This document shows, piece after piece, positions 58,306 to 64,000 of a DNA stretch of 64,000 bases (within the stretch, counting starts at the first letter, position 1; the number at the start of each line of letters is the position of its first letter). Source of the DNA: an uncultured Mycoplasmatota bacterium (GTDB lineage Bacteria > Bacillota_I > Bacilli_A > RF39 > UBA660); assembly GCA_900549285.1 (NCBI GenBank), contig URNW01000002.1, forward strand, positions 15,450 to 79,449, written 5' to 3'. Position numbers and translations under genes: made by a program. The notes under the pieces were generated by a model. The model was given only the letters and a program-made list of their open reading frames with translations, did no database searches and was not told the origin of the DNA.

Positions 58306-59808
58306 TTATTTTTGAATGAATAGTGATGGGGTATTAGACATTTCATCTGGTAAAGCAATATTCATATATTCTAGTATTGTTGGTGCCACGTTTGTTAGAT
58401 CACCACTTTTTTTAAGTTCTACATTTAAATCAGTTATGATAAATGGTACTTTACTTGTTGTATGAGTGGTTACTGGATTTCCAAATTCATCTAACATAAT
58501 ATCGGCGTTTCCATGATCGGCTAAAATAATCATTGTATAAAAATTATCTTCAGCTACTTCAAATAATCTTTCTAGGCAAACATCTACAGTTGTTACTGCT
58601 TTTATGGTAGCTTCTAAATTTCCTGTATGACCTACCATATCAGGGTTTGCTAGATTCATAAAAATAAAGTCGGTATCTTTTTCCATGGCTTGAATTGCTT
58701 TTTTGGTAACTTCAATTGCACTCATTTCAGGTTTTAAATCGTAGGTTTCAACTTTAGGTGATGGTATTAGAATTTTTTCACATTTGGCTAGTTTTCCGTT
58801 ATACATGCCATCAAAGAAATAAGTAACATGTGCATATTTTTCTGTTTCAGCGATTCTTGCTTGGGTAAGACCTAAAGAACTTAAATATATTCCTAAAGGA
58901 TTGGTTACGTTGATATCTTCAAGAAAATTGTTTGTTTTAATATCTTTATCTAAAGGAAAAAAACTATAAACTTTTAGGTTTTGATACTGATAAGTTGGAA
59001 ACTCTTCAAAGTTATCTTTAGTAAATGCTCTTAATATTTGTTTCCCACGATCACTTCGATAATTCATCCATAAGATCATATCATCATCTTTAATTGTTTC
59101 ATTTGGTTCAATTATTAAAGGATATAAAAATTCATCTGTTTGGTCTTTTTTATATAAAGTTAAAATACCATCTGTTGCACTTTTGGCTTTAATTCCGATT
59201 CCTTTTGTAAGTAAGTCATAATAGATTTTTGTACGATCATAATTGTTATCTCGATCCATAGCATAGTATCTTCCACAAATACTTATAATATTGGCATTTT
59301 TATCATCCTTTATTTTTTCTTCTAATTCTTGAACAAAATTAATTGCTGCATTTACCTTGGTATCTCTTCCATCTGTAATTAAGTGGAAGTTAATCTTTTT
59401 AGCATTATTTTCTTTTAATATTTCATATACATTTAAAAAGTGTTCTAGGTTGGAATGAACTTTTCCATTACTATATAAGCCAATTATATGTACTGTTTTA
59501 CTTTTTGCTTCCTCTAAAAATTCATTAAATAGTAGATTGTCTTTGTTTATAGTTTTTAAGAATTCCGTTATTCTAGGTCCATGTTGCATTATTTTTCTTC
59601 CTGCACCAATAGTCATATGCCCTATTTCACTATTTCCAAATTCTCCTTCATTTAAACCTACATATTCTTCAGACGCATAAAGAGTTGTATGGGGATATGT
59701 ATTCCATAGCTTATCAAAATTTTTAGTATCAGCCATTTTAATTGCATTTCCATACTCTTCTTCTCGATAACCAAAACCATCAAGAATTACTGTTAATATT
59801 TTTTGCAT
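58306..59808 (-). CDS. gpmI: 2,3-bisphosphoglycerate-independent phosphoglycerate mutase
   Basis: 500 aa with GNSEIGHMTIGAGR and ADHGNA motifs. Confidence 0.93.
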   Translation of the reverse strand: MQKILTVILDGFGYREEEYGNAIKMADTKNFDKLWNTYPHTTLYASEEYVGLNEGEFGNSEIGHMTIGAGRKIMQHGPRITEFLKTINKDNLLFNEFLEEAKSKTVHIIGLYSNGKVHSNLEHFLNVYEILKENNAKKINFHLITDGRDTKVNAAINFVQELEEKIKDDKNANIISICGRYYAMDRDNNYDRTKIYYDLLTKGIGIKAKSATDGILTLYKKDQTDEFLYPLIIEPNETIKDDDMILWMNYRSDRGKQILRAFTKDNFEEFPTYQYQNLKVYSFFPLDKDIKTNNFLEDINVTNPLGIYLSSLGLTQARIAETEKYAHVTYFFDGMYNGKLAKCEKILIPSPKVETYDLKPEMSAIEVTKKAIQAMEKDTDFIFMNLANPDMVGHTGNLEATIKAVTTVDVCLERLFEVAEDNFYTMIILADHGNADIMLDEFGNPVTTHTTSKVPFIITDLNVELKKSGDLTNVAPTILEYMNIALPDEMSNTPSLFIQK

Positions 59809-59862
59809 ATATTCACCTTTTTCAGATTAATCATATCATAAATTTTCAAAAAAAACAATTTT

Positions 59863-59891
59863 ACAAATAAAAAAGGGATTGTACTCCCTTT
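59863..59891 (-). terminator. intrinsic terminator after spo0A
   Basis: The minus strand reads AAGGGAgtacaaTCCCTT followed by TTTTATTTG. Confidence 0.6.
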
Positions 59892-60663
59892 AGACTTGTA
59901 ATAATTTCTTGTCATAGCGTAAGCGATCGGCAATTGTTGCAATAAATTCAGAATTTGTTGGTTTGGCTCTTTCAAAGGCTACACTATTGCCAAATATTTC
60001 TTCCATTAAATCATAATCGCCTCTATTCCAACTAACTTCTATTGCATGACGAATGGCTCTTTCTACCCGTGATGCTGTCGTTGAAAATCTTATCGCTACT
60101 TCTGGATATATTTCTTTGGTGATTCCACCATAACTATCGTTATTTTTATAAAATAAGAATACACTTTCTCTTATATAGTTGTAACCTTTGATATGGCTTG
60201 GTATTCCTAATTGGTGTAATATTTTACTAATTGCTACATGTAGTTCTCTTTCTTTATCATTTAATTCCACAGCTTTTAAATTTTCCCTTTTGGCTATTTC
60301 AATAATTCTTGTTTCTAAAGCTAACATGCTGAATGGTTTTAGCATGTAATAGCTAACTCCGTAATTATTTGTCATATTAATGGTGTATTCTTTTTTATAA
60401 CTTGTCAAAATAATTACTTTTTTCTTGATATTTTCTTGTTTCATTCGTTCTAAAATGGTTAGACCATCTATTTCAGGGAGGATGATATCCATACAAATAA
60501 TATCATATTCATTTTTGTGGTTTATGATGTAATCTAAAGCATCTTTCCCATTATTAATTACTTTTACTACTTCGATTACTGCGTGACTACTAAATTGCTT
60601 TTCGATTTTAGCAGTAATATTTTTGTTGTCATCTACTACTAAAACTCTTGTTAAATTTTCCAT
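59890..60663 (-). CDS. spo0A: sporulation master regulator Spo0A
   Basis: REC domain (VLVVDDN...DIILPEIDG) plus the Spo0A C-terminal domain (ITKEIYPEVAIRFSTTASRVERAIRHAIEVSWNRG). Start at MENLTR behind AAGGAG. Confidence 0.95.
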   Translation of the reverse strand: MENLTRVLVVDDNKNITAKIEKQFSSHAVIEVVKVINNGKDALDYIINHKNEYDIICMDIILPEIDGLTILERMKQENIKKKVIILTSYKKEYTINMTNNYGVSYYMLKPFSMLALETRIIEIAKRENLKAVELNDKERELHVAISKILHQLGIPSHIKGYNYIRESVFLFYKNNDSYGGITKEIYPEVAIRFSTTASRVERAIRHAIEVSWNRGDYDLMEEIFGNSVAFERAKPTNSEFIATIADRLRYDKKLLQV

Positions 60664-60765
60664 TTTGATCTCCTTCAATTAGTTATTATTTACTACACGC
60701 AAAATCATTATATCACATAAGTTGACAACTTACCAGTAAATCTTTTGTCTAGTTATGTAAAGTTT

Positions 60766-60782
60766 TGTCGACGCCTGTCGAA
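60766..60782. promoter_or_regulatory. tandem 0A-box-like sites upstream of spo0A
   Basis: TGTCGAC (60766..60772) and TGTCGAA (60776..60782), 10 bp apart. The consensus 0A box is TGTCGAA. Confidence 0.5.
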
Positions 60783-60796
60783 AAAAATAACAACTG

Positions 60797-61522
60797 TTAT
60801 TTTGCTGCTATTTTTTTAATAATTATTGGGATATTTTCGGGGTTTAATATAGAGGAACAAATAATAAATCCATCTAATCCATCTAGTTTTGATAAACTGT
60901 TTATGTTATCAGTATTTACATTTCCACCAAAAATAACTTGAGCATTTATTTGATAATAATCTTGAATTAATTTTTTTATAAATATGATGATGGATCTTAT
61001 TTTTAAAATGTCATAGGTGGTATTGTTTCCTATTAAATATGTTGGTTCATAGGCAATTATAATATTTTTTAATTCTCCGTTATTTAATTTATTAAAAATT
61101 CTTGCAATTTGTTTTTCTAGTATTTGATATTCTACTTTTCTTTCTTTTTCTTCTTTGGTTTCCCCAATGCAATAAATTACTTTGATGTTATGGTTTAAAG
61201 CACTTTTTATTTTTTCTAATATTTCATATTCTGTTTCTTTATAGTATTTTCTTCTTTCGTAGTGTCCTATAATGGCATATGATACATTTAGGCTTTTTAA
61301 TTGATTTATTTTGATATCTCCTGTCAAATTTAAAGATTCGTTTAAGGATAAATCTTGAACAGCTAGCTTTATGTTGTCATTTTTAAATAAGGGTAAATAT
61401 ATATTACTCGGAGCTAAAATTAAATTTATGTTCTCTTCTTTTATTTTGATAAAATATTCTTTATATTTTATCATTTCTTCATATGTTTGATAGGATTTTA
61501 AATTACATATCAAGTATTTCAA
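60797..61522 (-). CDS. tpiA: triosephosphate isomerase, divergent phosphate-binding loops
   Basis: The catalytic Lys (CNLK), His (IGHYERR) and Glu (AYEP) contexts are present. Loops 6-8 read PTYLIGNN, FGGN and ICSSIL instead of PxWAIGTG, YGGS and VGGASL. Overlaps the pgk end by 20 nt. Confidence 0.7.
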   Translation of the reverse strand: MKYLICNLKSYQTYEEMIKYKEYFIKIKEENINLILAPSNIYLPLFKNDNIKLAVQDLSLNESLNLTGDIKINQLKSLNVSYAIIGHYERRKYYKETEYEILEKIKSALNHNIKVIYCIGETKEEKERKVEYQILEKQIARIFNKLNNGELKNIIIAYEPTYLIGNNTTYDILKIRSIIIFIKKLIQDYYQINAQVIFGGNVNTDNINSLSKLDGLDGFIICSSILNPENIPIIIKKIAAK

Positions 61523-62711
61523 TATTATCTTCCTCCATAATAGCTTCTATTCCTGGTAATGTTTTATTTGCAATATATTCTAAAGTAGCTCCTCCACCGC
61601 TAGAAATGTTGGGAAATATATTTTTAAATCCTAAGGTATTTACTGAGGCTACAGTATCTCCTCCCCCTATTATAACGTGTTCTTTCTTTTCTTTTAAATG
61701 ATTTAATATTTCTATCGTACCATTAGCAAATTCTTTTTCTTCATAAATTCCCATTGTTCCATTCATAAATATGGTATTGCTATTATTAATAATGGTACTA
61801 TATTTATTAATTGTTTTGACTCCAATATCTTTAATAATATCATTTGTATCAATTTTATTAATATTTTTCATTGTGGGAATTTCACTATATGTAGTTGTTG
61901 TAATAGCATCCAATGGTAAGGCAAATTTTTCTTTATAATTTAACATTAATTTTTGGAGTTCTTTTATAATTTCAGGATTTTCTGTTTTTAAAGATTCTCC
62001 TGTTTTTAAGCCTAAAGCATTTAAAAATGAATTAGCAATTCCTCCACTTACTAATAAGTGCTCACATTTTGGAAGCAGAGAGTTTATGATTTTTAGTTTA
62101 TCATCTACTTTTGCTCCTCCCATGATTACAGTAAAAGGTCTTTTGGGATCCATCACTATTTTATCTAACATATTTTTTTCTTTTTCTACTTGAAAGCCTA
62201 AACAACTTGGTAAATATTTAGGAATTCCTGTAACCGTTGTATGATTTCGGTGGGCAACAGCAAAGGCATCAAAGACAAAAACTTCTCCTAAAGCTGCAAT
62301 TTTTTTGGCTACTTCTTCATTTAAAGTGCTTTCTAAATTATTTGGAACATCTAAAAATCTGGTATTTTCTAAAAGGAGTATTTCTTTACTTTGTAAGTTT
62401 AAAGCTATATTTTTAGTTTCCTCTGATAATATATCATTAGCAAATTTTATGGGCATATTTAATAATCTCTCTAAACAATTTTTTACAACTATGAGTGAGT
62501 TGTTTTTTTTATCTTCTTCTTTTTTAACTCTGCCTAAATGACTTAAAATAATAATTTTACAGTTTTTACTTAATAAATAGTTGATTGTTTCTAAACTTTT
62601 TATTATTTTACTTTCGTCTGTAATATTTCCCGCGGTAATTGGTACATTAAAATCACATCTTAATATTACCCTTAAATGATCAACATACATATTTTTTAAT
62701 AGTTTTTTCAT
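61503..62711 (-). CDS. pgk: phosphoglycerate kinase
   Basis: 402 aa with RCDFNVP at the N-terminus and IIGGGDTVA and SSGGGATLE motifs. Confidence 0.93.
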   Translation of the reverse strand: MKKLLKNMYVDHLRVILRCDFNVPITAGNITDESKIIKSLETINYLLSKNCKIIILSHLGRVKKEEDKKNNSLIVVKNCLERLLNMPIKFANDILSEETKNIALNLQSKEILLLENTRFLDVPNNLESTLNEEVAKKIAALGEVFVFDAFAVAHRNHTTVTGIPKYLPSCLGFQVEKEKNMLDKIVMDPKRPFTVIMGGAKVDDKLKIINSLLPKCEHLLVSGGIANSFLNALGLKTGESLKTENPEIIKELQKLMLNYKEKFALPLDAITTTTYSEIPTMKNINKIDTNDIIKDIGVKTINKYSTIINNSNTIFMNGTMGIYEEKEFANGTIEILNHLKEKKEHVIIGGGDTVASVNTLGFKNIFPNISSGGGATLEYIANKTLPGIEAIMEEDNIEILDM

Positions 62712-62839
62712 GTTATCCCTCTTTATCTATTAATATTATTATACCTTAAAATAACTTCTTTTTACAATAGATTACTTGATGATTTTTTTGTATAAATATT
62801 TTATTTTTGATCTTCATATAATTAAATAAAGGAGAATCT

Positions 62840-63796
62840 ATGAATAGAATATTAGTTTTTATAGTAATTTTATTAGTACCTATAGTAATTATGAGTGAAA
62901 ATATTTCAAAAGAAAGAGTAGAAGATGAGTACGAAAATCATATTTCTTTAGAAATTCCTGTTAGTAGTGAAGAGACTAAATCGCAAGATAAAGAATTACA
63001 GGTGATGCTCAGTGATAAAAGCGATAAGAGTGAAGCTTTTAGTATGGATTTAGAAGATTATGTAATTGGTGTTGTAGCAGGTGAGATGCCCGCCTCTTTT
63101 AGTGTAGAAGCTTTGAAAGCTCAAGCTGTTGCTTCTAGAACCTTTGCTCTTTATAAAATGAATAGTAATCAAAATTATGTACTTAGTACTACTATTAATG
63201 ATCAGGTTTATCTAACAAAAGAAGACATGCAAAAAAAATGGGGTGATGATTATGAGTATTATTATAATCGAGTTAAAAAAGCTGTAGAAGATACAAGTGG
63301 AGAAGTATTAACTTACCAAGGAAATTTAGCTAGTACTTATTATTTTGCTATATCTAATGGGTATACAGATGATGCTTTAGTTGTTTTTCAGGAAGATCGA
63401 GATTATTTGGTTAGTGTAGATTCATCTTGGGATAAAAATTATCAATCTTATACTTCCTTATATACTATGGATAAAAATGAATTTTGTAATAAGTTAGAGA
63501 TTAGTTGTGAAAATATACAAATTTCTCAAGTAAAGAGAGCTGATAACCATTATGTTCGAGAAATTACAATTAATGATAAAACTTTTACAGGAATTCAAGT
63601 TTTTCAAACATTAAATTTAAAATCAACAGATTTTACTATTACAGTTAATAATGATACAGTTGATATTTTGACTTTAGGATTTGGACATGGTGTTGGAATG
63701 AGTCAATATGGGGCTCAGGGAATGGCAAATGAAGGGTATACGTATGAAGAAATTTTAACTCATTATTATCAAAATACAAAAGTTATGAAATTATAA
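62840..63796 (+). CDS. spoIID: stage II sporulation protein D
   Basis: SpoIID/LytB domain with EALKAQAVASRTFAL and GHGVGMSQYGAQGMA. Confidence 0.9.
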   Translation: MNRILVFIVILLVPIVIMSENISKERVEDEYENHISLEIPVSSEETKSQDKELQVMLSDKSDKSEAFSMDLEDYVIGVVAGEMPASFSVEALKAQAVASRTFALYKMNSNQNYVLSTTINDQVYLTKEDMQKKWGDDYEYYYNRVKKAVEDTSGEVLTYQGNLASTYYFAISNGYTDDALVVFQEDRDYLVSVDSSWDKNYQSYTSLYTMDKNEFCNKLEISCENIQISQVKRADNHYVREITINDKTFTGIQVFQTLNLKSTDFTITVNNDTVDILTLGFGHGVGMSQYGAQGMANEGYTYEEILTHYYQNTKVMKL

Positions 63797-63848
63797 GTAT
63801 AAATTTAGAAAACTTGATCACCTTAATAGTAGGAAAGGTGATTTAGTT

Positions 63849-64000
63849 TGAAGCATAGAAAATTAAAAGGGTATGTTTTACCTACACTGTATGTTATAGT
63901 TTTAATTGTTATTTTTGGAGCAGTTAGTTTAGTTAGTAGTCTTATGCATGTAAATCCTAACTATTTATATTCTGTAGATGTTTTAAAGGATGTTAGTACA
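63849..64000 (+). CDS. hypothetical membrane-anchored protein (N-terminal fragment, continues past window)
   Basis: TTG start behind AAAGGTGA. Reads LKHRKLKGYVLPTLYVIVLIVIFGAVSLV, a TM helix. The frame is open to the window end. Confidence 0.3.

Noticed and set aside
59793-59975. 60-aa minus-strand ORF spanning the spo0A-gpmI spacer
   Set aside because: It overlaps the spo0A 3' end, its terminator hairpin and the gpmI start. No RBS or motif is present.
1-64000. Search for a reverse transcriptase, Avd, integrase, transposase or Cas gene anywhere in the window
   Set aside because: No track ORF shows RT boxes (YxDD-type), a four-helix Avd-like small basic protein next to the templates, tyrosine or serine recombinase motifs, or Cas signatures. 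Absence is based on reading the translations only, so short or frameshifted remnants could have been missed.

Overview
Chromosomal window from a very AT-rich (roughly 25-30% GC by eye), endospore-forming Firmicute, spanning the replication origin. rpmH-rnpA-yidC-jag diverge from dnaA-dnaN-(comK-like)-recF-gyrB-gyrA. DnaA-box clusters lie on both sides of dnaA, and four parS sites sit beside a small SRP RNA. Most other genes are conserved housekeeping or sporulation genes in Bacillus-like synteny: murA, metG behind a T-box, spoVT, mfd, pth, dnaX-ybaB-recR-bofA, holB, ricT, cwlJ, cwlD, yabP-yabQ-divIC, spoVG, veg, yabG, rsmA, tatD, prfA-prmC, rpoE, argS, pgk-tpiA-spo0A-gpmI, spoIIR and spoIID. 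The most interesting region is a ~4 kb accessory insertion between spoVT and mfd (about 7.9-11.9 kb). A membrane-anchored surface protein there carries a GC-rich C-terminal segment. That segment differs from two upstream AAC-rich non-coding copies almost only at the adenines of those copies, which is the signature of a diversity-generating retroelement (DGR). I found no reverse transcriptase or Avd gene anywhere in the window. Each template copy looks like its own promoter-to-terminator ncRNA unit, with bracketing inverted repeats supported by compensatory changes. A second, undiversified paralog of the target lies at 49-50 kb. Other accessory items are an Abi_2/HEPN gene translationally coupled to an HtrA protease, a small islet after tRNA-Trp with Fic and a possible HEPN-like protein, a RhuM-Doc fusion, and a pair of degenerate ABC-ATPase-like ORFs. 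No CRISPR array, rRNA, transposase or integrase was seen. All coordinates, counts and motif calls were made by hand from the sequence and ORF track; no homology search was run.
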